A DNA stretch of 63,625 nt, the filler included, from Stramenopiles sp. TOSAG23-6 (Eukaryota), in the NCBI GenBank assembly GCA_900128565.1. It is 9 parts of 9 records of this genome, joined end to end, with 100 filler letters (N's around TTAATTAATTAA, not from the genome) between each part and the next. Parts side by side here need not be neighbours in the genome. Positions count along the whole stretch, not along the records: positions 26,333 to 34,991 come from LT636428.1; positions 35,092 to 43,744 come from LT636429.1; positions 43,845 to 52,493 come from LT636430.1; 6 more parts are not named here. The stretch is one strand, 5' to 3'. Each line of letters opens with the position of its first letter. Position 1 is the stretch's first letter. A program made the translations under genes and the position numbers. Below, one piece after another: positions 33,484 to 44,929 of the stretch. The notes under the pieces are model-generated. The model ran no database searches. It saw only the letters and a program-made list of their open reading frames with translations, and was not told the origin of the DNA.

Positions 33484-34103
33484 ATGATTAAGTCGAAGAA
33501 AAAAACTAGCGGTTGGGAAAAGCTCAAGAATCAAAAGGGTAAGGCTAAAAAGGCTTTGACTTTGATTGGGTCTTATCGGAAAAGAAACGCTAACACGTTA
33601 GCAATGGTTTCAGTTTCAGCAAAAGAAGGTGCCAAGTATGACAACATATTCGAGGCTGCCAAAGAAGGCGATACACCAGCAGTTCGATATATGTACATGG
33701 ATGAAGGCAAGTCATGTAAAGATCCTGACGAGTTGAAAGGAATGACGTACGTAACTCACGAAACCTTGTATCAAAATTGTAAATCTTGGAGGAGATTTCT
33801 CAGATATCTCTATACTGGACTTTCTTCCTGCACAAGAGTGTCATCATTTAAACTGCCCTTATTTCTACATTTTCTTACACATTTTCACAACATTATATAT
33901 TCACTTACTATAGACCTCTTCACTGGGCTTCTACCGGAGGATGGCACACAACTGTTCGTTGGTTGTTAAAACAAGATGGAGTTGACGCTTTAGCGGAAGA
34001 TTTCCGTGGTTTCACCGCTCTCGATATAGCTAAACGTCGGGGTTACAGTCTCGTTGTTGGTGTAATTGATACACACTTATCGGGAGCTAAGCGAGGCTTC
34101 TGA
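33484..34103 (+). CDS. small ankyrin-repeat protein, 2 exons
   Basis: IFEAAKEGD..KGMT|PLHWASTGG..GFTALDIA after removal of GT-AG intron 33747-33913. Confidence 0.8.
33747..33913 (+). other. conventional GT-AG intron without the repeat-family motifs (167 nt)
   Basis: AC|GTACGT...CACTTACTATAG|A restores the ankyrin TPLH motif. Confidence 0.8.
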
Positions 34104-34276
34104 GTCCCCCCATTCCCACTCCTCCCCCAAATTAAGATGTATACCGTTCGTGTAATTTGACACTCATTTACCTGGAAATAAGCAACATTTTTGATTGAAG
34201 AATGAAAACAAAAATTGAATAAAATGAAGAATCTTGTTTTAATTAATTCTTAATTGTGAATTCTTTTGACTCTTAC

Positions 34277-34383
34277 ATCATGAATTCCTTTGGCTATTAA
34301 TCATGAATTCCTTTGGCTATCAATCATGGATTCCTTTGGATATTAATCATGAATTCCTTTGGCTATTAATCATGAATTCCTTT
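34277..34383. repeat. 23-nt tandem repeat, about 4.5 copies, overlapping the PDI stop codon
   Basis: Unit ATCATGAATTCCTTTGGCTATTA. Confidence 0.85.
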
Positions 34384-34923
34384 AACTCCTTGTAAATCAA
34401 ACTTATGTTTTGCATTTTTCTTAATAAATTTTGCAAAAGCAAGCACAGTAAAATCAGAGTCATATATTTTTGGTGTTTTTTCCTTCTCCGTGTCTCCACC
34501 AGGAGCAAAGTATATTGTCGGATACCCTCGACAATCATACAGAGTTGGTACGTCATTTGTAGTTGCATCAATTCTTGCAATGATTACAGATTGTATCGAA
34601 TCGAATTTCTTTGCTAGTTCTATCCACAAAATATCAAGAGTTTTGCAATATTTACACCCGGGTGCATATAAGTGAATAAGAACGTCTTTTCTTGGGTCAT
34701 TTACAATTTTCGCGAATGTTGCACCTGTAAGTTCAATAATTCCATGCTTAATCTCTAATGAAGTTTCAGTCTTAATTTGAGAATAAACATATGGTTCTTC
34801 TTTACCTTTTAAAATTTTATCAAGCCATGGTTGAAGTGTAAGAGTTGCATTTAAATTCTGATTCAAACTACTCATATCTTTAAATGCATCAGATGAATGT
34901 TTTAAAATATATTTTTTTCCCAA
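34366..34923 (-). CDS. protein disulfide-isomerase, C-terminal thioredoxin domain, 5'-partial
   Basis: KDVLIHLYAPGCKYCK, IARIDATTND, GYPTIYF. Confidence 0.85.
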   Translation of the reverse strand: MGKKYILKHSSDAFKDMSSLNQNLNATLTLQPWLDKILKGKEEPYVYSQIKTETSLEIKHGIIELTGATFAKIVNDPRKDVLIHLYAPGCKYCKTLDILWIELAKKFDSIQSVIIARIDATTNDVPTLYDCRGYPTIYFAPGGDTEKEKTPKIYDSDFTVLAFAKFIKKNAKHKFDLQGVKGIHD

Positions 34924-35182
34924 ACATTTTTTTTTAAAAAAAAAAAAAAAAATTTTTCACAAAATATTTTGCTGTCAATTTAATATTTTGGNNNNNNNNN
35001 NNNNNNNNNNNNNNNNNNNNNNNNNNNNNNNNNNNTTAATTAATTAANNNNNNNNNNNNNNNNNNNNNNNNNNNNNNNNNNNNNNNNNNNNAAAAATATT
35101 TCAAAAAAAAAAACTAAAATTTGTTAGGTACAAAATTTCGTATGAAAAATAAATTCGTAATTGAAAAAAAAATAAAACATAC

Positions 35183-36942
35183 ATTTTCGTGTCTACGATA
35201 TAAAATTGCAGAATTAGATCCAATTGATTTGGTACGTTGAATTTCTATCAAATTTGTCGACTTTTGACGACTAATTATGACATCTTTTTCTGACAGTCGA
35301 TCAATCAGACCCGCAGCCCATGCAGAACCTCCTCCCTGTTACTCAAAAATACATTACATTTGAAATTGTTATTTACAAAAATTCGAATGAAAAATAAAAA
35401 CTCAAAAAAAAAAAACTCTTAGGTACGAAATTTCGTATGAAAAAACAATTAGAAATTCAATTTTGAAAACGTGCAAGCTCTTCCTTCGGTCTATGAATGA
35501 CGGGTGTAGTCATTGTACTATGAATCCCTGAAGCATCGCATATCATGCTCCATCGAGTTTGAAGCCAATCGTTTGGATTTGATGTATAGTGAAAAAATAT
35601 TTGAAAAATTTGAAATTCTTTAGGTACGAAATTTTGTACGAAAAAAAAATAAATTGAAAATTCCTAATAAAAACATACTTGGGTTTTTATCACGAACTTT
35701 AAAACAGCAACATAAAACTGGTCCATTTAATTCTTTATGTAACTTTTGCAACATTTGAGACCAACTTGGTGACGTCATATCGAGATTATCTGTGTTTCTA
35801 TGAGGCACTTTTAGTAAATCTAGAAGACCAATGTGTGGTGAAAAAATATGTAAAATATTTTTTTGTTAAGTACAAAATTTCGTACGAAAAAAAAAAGTTG
35901 AAAAATTGAAAAAAAAAAATTCAATGTACACCAATTGTCCTTTGGATAGTATAAGAATAGACACGGCAGATAAGTATTGTGAAAAATATTTCAAAAAATG
36001 GTTTGGTTTTGTTAGATAAAAAAAATGAAATGATGAAAATGTACAAAACTGTCGATACAATTTTCAAAAGTTCAGGAAATGAAGGAAAAAAAAAAAAAAA
36101 TTTGAAATGATGAAAATGTACAAAACTGTCGATACAATTTTCCAAAGTTCCGAAAGTGTTCCTAAAGCAGGTCTATGGTTAAGATCAATGCTAACAGTTA
36201 AACCTAAGGACTGAGCCACTTGTAAATGTTTGATCCAATTTGAGCAAGACAGTTTAGGTATGGTGAAAAAATATTTAAAAAAAAATAAAATTGTTTGTTA
36301 GGTACAAAATTTCGTACGAAAAAAAAAGTTGAAATTAATAATAAAAACAAACACCACATAGTGGAGTAATACCTGTCGCATGTACCCAATCACACAGTAT
36401 AGGGGATGTAAATATATTATACCAGTTGAAGTTTGGTTGAGCGACCCAGAATGAAGATGTTCGTCTTTGATATTGAACGCGTTTTTCATCAGGTAGAACG
36501 TAAAAGATACCCATCTCGCCTTTTGGGTCAATATGCACATGATTGATACCAACTCCAACATCTTCAGCACATTTGAAAACTACATCTGTCATTTTAGAAT
36601 CCGCGGGCAAAACGGAAACCCACTCAGTAGACCAATCTAGCAGACGCAATGCGACAGCAACATTCATTTCATCACCACCTAGAGAAAATACAACATTGCT
36701 TCGAGAAGAAGGCTGGCCACGTCCCCAACTTGGATCTTCCTGTGGAGCAAGGCGAAGCATTACTTCACCCAACAATGTGTAGAATATTTAGGAAGAATAT
36801 ATGTACGAGTTACAACTACAAATGTTTCGAAATATAGAAGAGATGTATATTTATCGTAACATGAATGTTAAATATAAANGTCAAAANAGTTTTTTTTTTN
36901 ACTGTANCATACAAAAGTAACCAGACGACGCCCATGTGACAT
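35183..36942 (-). CDS. PfkB-family carbohydrate kinase (2-keto-3-deoxygluconate kinase-like), at least 6 exons, 3'-partial
   Basis: LVTF|GEVMLRLAP, GGDEMNVAVAL, HATGITPLCG, SIDLNHRPAL, EEL|GGGSAWAAG; introns 36770-36912, 36256-36352, 35972-36121, 35831-35929, 35582-35678, 35336-35474. Confidence 0.85.
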
Positions 36943-37345
36943 TTTAGACACTGATCCTACAGCTTCCAAGTTTTCAATTTTTGCATTTCCTCGCATTCTA
37001 GGTATACAAGTAACCATTCCTTAGACGACGTTGTAGCAAGTCCTCTACTTTCTAGAATATCACGTCTTGCAGATATCCGTCCAATTTCAAAATTCAAGGT
37101 TAATTTTAAAAGTGGTGCACGATGATTGGTTGTTTTCAAATGATTTTGTGAATTTTTTTTTTTTTTTTTTGACCTTCTTCGCCGACTTTTTTTTTCATTT
37201 TTGACTTTTGAAATGCTACTTTAAAATTTAATCCTGTACACGAAATCCTACTAGTTTGCTCGAAATTTCCCTTACGGAATGGAAATAAAATGATGAAAAA
37301 TATTTAAAAAATATAGTATATACTGTTTTATAATACAAATTTCAA

Positions 37346-40300
37346 TCATCTATGAAACTGTTTCCTGCGAACATTTTTTCTTTTACCAATTGTTGTCGTT
37401 GACCATTGAGCTTCAATTTCATTTTTGGAACTCGAACTTTTAGAATTTTTTTCTTTTCTACAATTTTTTTTTATTTTGTTTTGTGACACAATTTTATTCA
37501 CTCTATTACTATTATGATTGTGACTATAACTTTGAATATTTTCTGATGATTCTCTGGTTTCTTTTCCATAGGGCTGATTTTTCAAATGTCTTTGATGTTG
37601 TTGATGAGAAGTGAGAGAATTTTCTATTTTTGAAGCGAATTTTTGAGGGTTAGGGTTAGGGTCTTCATCTTCCACAAGAGAAATTTCACTCACATCCAAT
37701 GTTGAATTGAATGCATTTGCAGTTTGAAGTAAATTTTCTACGCGCATATATGTATTGTAAAAAAATATGTTTTACAGTTTGAAATTTGTTAGATACAGAA
37801 TTTTATATAAAAAAAATTGAAATTGAAATGATTTTTTTTTTGTTAGGTACAAAATTTACTATGAAAAAACGTACAAGAAGCGTCTAGATTAAGTTTACGC
37901 ATGGCGGAGACATCTGAGCATAAGTTATTTATTTGATTTNTATGATTTTNATTTTTTTNGTNGTANTATATTTATCTTTTGATCCAAGTCTTCCATCGTT
38001 GTTTTATCATGTATTGTGGAAAAATATTTTTTTTTTTTTGAAATTAAAAAAAAACGTTAGGTACGGAATTTCGTATGAAAAAAATTGGAATTCAATTTTG
38101 AAAACGTGCATAACTAATGTCATGGTTTCTAGCACCAACTGCTGCAACAACCATCGCGAGCTGACGTCGTTCTCTTTCGGCGCTTAGTAATTTAGCTTCA
38201 ATACGTTCTTCCAACTGCGAATCGCTTGTTTTTGATATTGCATTTCTTGTATTATTGCATTCATTTTCAAACTTTTGCATTGCTAATGACAATTTTTGAT
38301 GTGTCTCTCCAACAGCTTCTTGCATTACATTTCTAGATTCCAATAAATATTGATCACTTTTTCGCTGACAAATATCAAATGATTTTTTTATCAATTTGAT
38401 TTCTTCAGCATTTGCTTTTATGCAAAGATGTTGTTGATCTATAGATTGCGTGCATGATTGGTTTTGTTTCAGCAGAGCCGTGACATCATTGGATACACTA
38501 GAAATATTTTTTTGTATAGTTGTACGTAAATTTTGAAGTTTTGTTTGTTCCAAACATATTTTTTGTAATTCTTTCATTGTGGATTCTTCAATGCAGTCCA
38601 CTCGTGATTTAATTGAATGTAAACTTATTTTTTCAAAATGTTCTAATTTTGCTGCAAAATCTTTTCGAATTCGTATTGTAGAATCAGCTATTTTTGAAGC
38701 CATCATGTGTTCTGCATCAACACTCGATATACAAGATTTTTGCTCGAGATGATCAATACGAGTGATCTGAGTATTTGTAATAGTTTTGTCTGTACATAAT
38801 AATTTATCCAATGTTGCTATTTTTTTATTCACTGATTCGTCCAATTCCAATAGTTGATCTTTTAGAACTTTATACTCAGTTTTGACAAGGCTTTTATTGT
38901 TTTTGTAATTTATTTCACTATTTTTTTTTTCTTTGTCAATAACTTCAAATAGTTGTCGTGTTTTTTTCTCCACATTTTGTACAGTGGTATTAGTTTTAAT
39001 ACACGCTTCCTCAACTCTATCAAAAGCCGATTGAATTTCTTTGAGTGTGACAATTTCATTCTCAATATCTTTTATCGACGATTTCAGGCCATCTAATGCA
39101 TCAGTTGAAGATTTAAGAGACGTTTTGAGTCCATCTATTGCATCAGTTGAAGATAGAAACTTTTCTATCTCTTCCTTTACCCATTCACTAACTTCCTCTG
39201 TACGAGAACAGACTCGTGTATTTTGTAAAAATATTAAAAAAAAACTAAAATTTGTTAGGTATAAAATTTCGTACGAAACATAAATTCGAAATTGAAAAAA
39301 AAATAAAACATACGTTTTACATCCATTTGTAATGCTTTCGTTGTTTCTTGAGATTCAATGATGCGCATATTATTCCCCCGAATAGTTTTCTCTATGGTTT
39401 GCTTCCACTCGTCAAATTCAGACAGAAGCAAACTATGTCTTTCCTGATGAACTTCTGATCGGCCAATGTTTTGCGAAAAAATATTTTTTTTAGTAAAAAA
39501 ATGGTTAGGTACAATTTTTTTTGACGGAAAAAAAAAATAGGTAAAAATTCAATTTTGAAAACAAACATGCGACCAATATATTGATCAATTTTTTCTGCGA
39601 GAGAACTATATCTTTTCTGTAAATTTTCGATAAGACTAGATTCTAATTTACTTTTAATAGCATCATCTATATATGACTCGTTATTTCGACGTACTCGTGA
39701 AGCAGCTGCAATAGATAACTTTTCTTCTCTAGCCAGTTGGTGCATGTACTGTAGATTTTTTTTTTTTTNGTAAAATTCGTTAGGTACAAAATTTCGTATG
39801 ACAACAAAAATCAAAATTGAAAAAAATAAAACATACTCTATACGAGAATCAATTCGAGCGTACAATTCATTCCTTGCATTCGATGCATCACTCATTTCTT
39901 GTCCTAATCTTCTACGTAACGTCGACAAATCATTCGTTAAAGTATCCGTACTCTCACTTTGTTTTACAATGAAATCTGAAGTAGAAATATCAAAATCTTT
40001 TAGTTTCGTTTCCATATTTTTCATAATTTGTTCAACCTCAGGTTTTATTTGAGTCTCATGATATCGCCCACATAAAGCATCAACTTTATCGGGTAAAATA
40101 TCTTCAATTGCATTTTTTGTTTGCTCTACTATATCATCTCTCATCTTTGGTGTTAATATAGTAGATTTTTCATTACTCGTTTTTGAATATCTTGATAAAT
40201 TTCTATCATCAATTGAAGAATTATATAATTTCAAAAAATCATTTGATTTCTCAGATAGTTTTTCATGCAATAACTCTTTCAAAATTCGTCTAGATTTTGT

Positions 40301-42211
40301 GTCGGAAATATTTATATTCATTGTTTTTGTTAGGTACAAAATTTTCTACGAAAAAAAAAATTAAGAAAAAAAAAATTAAGAAAAAAAAAACATACATTTT
40401 GTCGTTTCCATTTCAATCTTCTGTGAAATTTCCATAAAGTCTTTTTTTTGTACATAATCATTGATAACAGAACTCAGGAGTGCATTACTTTCCACAATTT
40501 TGCGATCCAACCGATCTCGTTCAACATTACACATGTATTTTGGAAAAATATTTCAAAAAAAAATTCGTTAGGTACGAATTTTCGTACGAAAAATAAATTC
40601 GAAATTGAAAAATAAATTCGAAATACACCCGTTTTTGTTTCCTTTGTTCTCCTCGTAGCTGTTGTACATCTCGTTGTTGTTGGTCGATTACACTTTGAAT
40701 TCGACCTTCCATTTCTTGCTGTACTCGTATAGATATGTATTTTGGAAAAATATTAAAAAAAAAAATTCAAAATGTTTGTTAGGTACAAAATTTCGTAAGA
40801 AAAAAACTTTCGAATTTGAAAAAAAGTAAAACATACATATTATCGACGATACTATGAATATTATTTCTGAGTACACCAGATTCGATCTCTTGATGTAAAA
40901 TTTTTGGCATTTCAACTTTCATTGCAGTACTCATTGTTTCTTCAACACAATTACTCACCACATTAACGGCAACATCTTTAACTTTACGCATTAGTCGTAC
41001 TTCAACACCACCAAGACTGAGATCTATCAAAGATTCGCACTGTGATTTAATTGTAGCTTGAAGTGTGCTATCAATACAATCATCTACAACAGCAGCCGTT
41101 TCCGTCCGTACTCGAGCAGTGGATGCAGCGACAATTCTTTTTTCTAATTGAGCGACAGCAGGTGAAAATGGCGTGCATAAATCTGAAACTGTATGACACA
41201 TTCGTGGTGTGCCCGGTCTGTCTTCAATGAAATGCGAATCGTTATTATACACTTTTTTTATAGGGAATATGCTGTCATCTTTCATCTCTTTTATTTCCTT
41301 CAACTCTTTGTCTTGCCTACTAACATGATCTAATAAAATTTGTATTTGATCACATTGTGAATTCATCTTTTCAGTAAGTGATTCAATCTGTTCTTTTTGC
41401 TGTTCAATTACAAAATTTTCCGATTCAAATAATTTCTTAATTTTGTTTTCTCGTTTATGAGTTTCATGGGAAAATTCTTCTCTTAAAGTTATCTCCATTG
41501 CCTTTACTTGCTTTTCAATGAAACCAGAACAAAAATGAATAGTTTGCTGTATTATACCATCATTAGTCGCATCTGTAGAAATTTTCACCTCATGACACGT
41601 ATTGTGAAAAAATATTTATAAAAAAAAATGTTACGTACAAAATTTCGTATGAAAAAAAAATTGTATGTAAAAAAATCATGATGTAAACGTACGAAATTTT
41701 TCTAATTCTACATGACTACGTTTTTGAATTTCTTCTCTATTCTCTTTATTAATTTCTTTCATGTCAGCAAAAAATCTTTCCATTTTATCTCTCATATGTT
41801 CCTTATCATTTCGTGCATTGATAGATATGTTCTCGACTTGTGTGTCTAATTTATTAATTTGATGTTGTAATCCTTGCAAATTAGATTGTAATACACGATT
41901 TTCGTTTTCTCTTTTGTCAGAAATTGTACTCATATTTTCATAGATTTTGGAAAAATATTTCAAAAAAAAATCGTTAGGTACGAAATTTCGTACGAAACAA
42001 AATTCGAATTTAAAAAAAAATAAAACATACATGACATTTGATAACTTTTTCTTGTAAAATTTGTACATTTTTTTCTACATTGTTGACTCTATTTATAGCA
42101 GTCGCATTCTTCATATCTACATATTTGCTCATTTTGTCTTTATCTGATTCAAGACAACTCGACACCTCCAGCTTTACATCTTGTACCTTTGTCTCTAAAG
42201 AGCTCATGTGC
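37346..42211 (-). CDS. large coiled-coil protein(s), about 11 exons
   Basis: Successive E/K/Q/L-rich minus-strand ORFs each bounded by family introns; not every junction checked; 5' end missing. Confidence 0.6.
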
Positions 42212-42309
42212 ATGTATTGTGAAAAAAAAAAAATCAAAAAAAAATTGTTAGGTACAAAATTTCGTATGAAAAAAAATTTTAGTTAAAAAATTCGAAATTG
42301 AAAACGTAC

Positions 42310-43650
42310 ATGTCCAGAACATCTATTTGGACAATCAATCATGCTACAATCATCACCAACGAATGGCGGTCGACATTGACAACTACCAAATCCATCACAT
42401 ATCCCATGTGATTCTCCTTTATTTGTTGCTGAACATTCACTTTTTCGTTGTGTATATTCATAATATTGTGCAACATCAAGATCAAAACGTCCTGTCAAGG
42501 AATCATACATTTTTTTACCAGAACTACAACAATGATTGCACTTATGCTCTTGAGAATATTCATCATAATAACAAAAGTCACCTGGGCATGTTGTATTACT
42601 ACAATCTGAACCATAATAACCATCATTACAATAACAATAGCCTAATTTACATTCACCATGTAGTTTGGAAAAATATTTCAAAAAAAATTTAAAAAAATTT
42701 GTTAGGTACAAAATTGTTTTACCAAAAAAAAAAAATTAAACTCGAAATTGAAAAAAAATAAAACGTACATGCAATGAACAATTATGTGGACAAATATTCG
42801 TGTTATACTGCCATAAATCTCCCATTATTGTAAAATCAATAGTACGATTAAATAATGTATTGTGAAAAATATTTCAAAAAAAAAACTAAAATTTGTTAGG
42901 TACGAAATTTCGTATGAAAAAAATCAATTTCAAAATTTAAAAAGAAAATGAAAACGTACAAGGTATCGTTGGTTCTTTTACTGCTATTCCTCCAAACATC
43001 ATTATGATCTCATATTGTGCAGAATATACAGATTTCATATTCCATCGTTGTTCTGGTTGTTTATATAATAATTTAAACGGTAAATCATTTCGTTTATCAG
43101 CACGATCTCGACATCCATCCCAACCAGCTCTTTGTCGTCGTGGCTGATGGATAAACACATCTTTCCCACCACTTATATCAGTCAAATTCCAACCTCTTGT
43201 AGGTTGACCCCACACTGACATTGATGTTAATCTATCTTTTTCTCCAGCCATACATGTATTATGAAAAAATATTATTATTATTTTTTACAGTTAGGTATAC
43301 AATGTTAACCTTAATACAATTTTTTGAAAAAAAAAATCGTTAGGTACAAAATTTCGTACGAAAAAAAAAATTGAAAAATAAAAATAAAACATACATGTAT
43401 CATCCCAGCAGCTATATAAATCCAAATCATTATCACATTTTGTGACACCTTCAAGTCTAGCACGTTCAAGACAACAATTTATTTTGGAAAAATATTTCAA
43501 AAAAAAAAAACTTAAATCTGTTAGGTACAAAATTTTTATAAAAAAAAAAATTCGATTTTTTTGTAAAAAAATAAAACATACATCGCCTACATCAGCGACA
43601 ATACCTGGAGTATCTGGATCTTTTTTACAACAAGGATGAAATGTGAACAA
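42310..43650 (-). CDS. EGF-like / kelch-type extracellular protein, internal exons
   Basis: IMMFGG, CPHNCSLH|GECKLGYCYCNDGYYGSDCS, GICDGFGSCQCRPPFVGDDCS..CPNRCSGH; GT-AT intron 42658-42768. Confidence 0.75.
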
Positions 43651-43878
43651 ATATATATATTTTTTATTTTTGTTATTAGGTACAAAATTTTTTTACGAAA
43701 AAAAAACCAAAAAAAACAAAAAAAAAAAAAAAAAAAAATAAAAANNNNNNNNNNNNNNNNNNNNNNNNNNNNNNNNNNNNNNNNNNNNTTAATTAATTAA
43801 NNNNNNNNNNNNNNNNNNNNNNNNNNNNNNNNNNNNNNNNNNNNCAAAATTTCGTACGAAAAAAAATAAATTCGAAAT

Positions 43879-44627
43879 TGAAAAAAAAATAAAACATACC
43901 AATCTCGCTTTTAGGTAATGGGCGAGTTGTGTCAGTTAACCAAGGAGATGGCAAAACTGAAAAGAAAAAACTAACAACGGCGGTGAGAAGTAAAAAATCG
44001 ATGGCATTCGGACTTGAGGATGGGACGTGTAAAAAGGAAATCATTAATTGTGTTAATATACCACCGCTTGCTCCAACCCATATATAATGAACGTGATATG
44101 TTGTAATGTAAGCTACAAATGAATAAAAAGTGACAAAAAGTTGAGTAGGACAATAGTCTAATAAATAATACATACGCCTTAACAATACCAATGACAATAC
44201 CACTATTCCCAGGGAAATTTTTGACAGGTGTTGTATATACGGCGCATGCAACGCCTGCATTTCCAAGTTGACTTATACAAGCAAAGAACGTTAAAACAAA
44301 CGTAGGACCAACTGGCCACGAATCAATGGCTATTACTTTTCGTGCGACAGCCCATTCTAAAAATAAGAAAATAGATTGGATAACACCACCCCAACAACAT
44401 GACATAGCTGGACCATATTTATCCATGAATCCTCCAATCACAAAATTAAAAAATCCACCCAACAACTGCCAAGTTCCTATCGTGTCTATTTCAGAGGATA
44501 ATAGATCAAAGTTTCCTCTAATCGCTAATGAGTATACACCGAAAGCATAAGCTGATCCAGTTACTGCAGCGCCCCATATTGAAACAACTAACGACGCCCA
44601 TCTTGGATGAACCTGCTTAAATAGCAT
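43879..44627 (-). CDS. nodulin-like MFS transporter, N-terminal exons
   Basis: GSAYAFGVYS, GGFMDKYGP, KNFPGNSGIVIGIVKA|WVGASGGI; intron 44082-44175. Confidence 0.8.
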
Positions 44628-44929
44628 GAATACACGTTGAAATGTATTCGATTTATGGAAGAAAAGAAATCGTACTGGTTGTGTCCGATAGAAGAAGAAC
44701 AACAAACTATACGGAGGCTCCTCTGCATTCTGCGCGTAGAACTTTCTTTCAAAATTTGAAATTTCGTTTGGCGTTGGTTGGCCGTTTCATTTTCGTTTTT
44801 TTAACGTATATCTTCTCGGTTGTATCTAATTTTTAATTGGATTTTCGTTGTGTAGGTACAACTAGAAAAAAGAAGATGTATAACTTGGAATGAGGAATGG
44901 GTGAACAAATTGAATCCGCATAATTTAGT

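Noticed and set aside
36026-36150. Duplicated ~47-nt exon-end/donor segment in the PfkB gene
   Set aside because: Explained as a local duplication or assembly stutter inside one intron; using the first donor keeps the frame.
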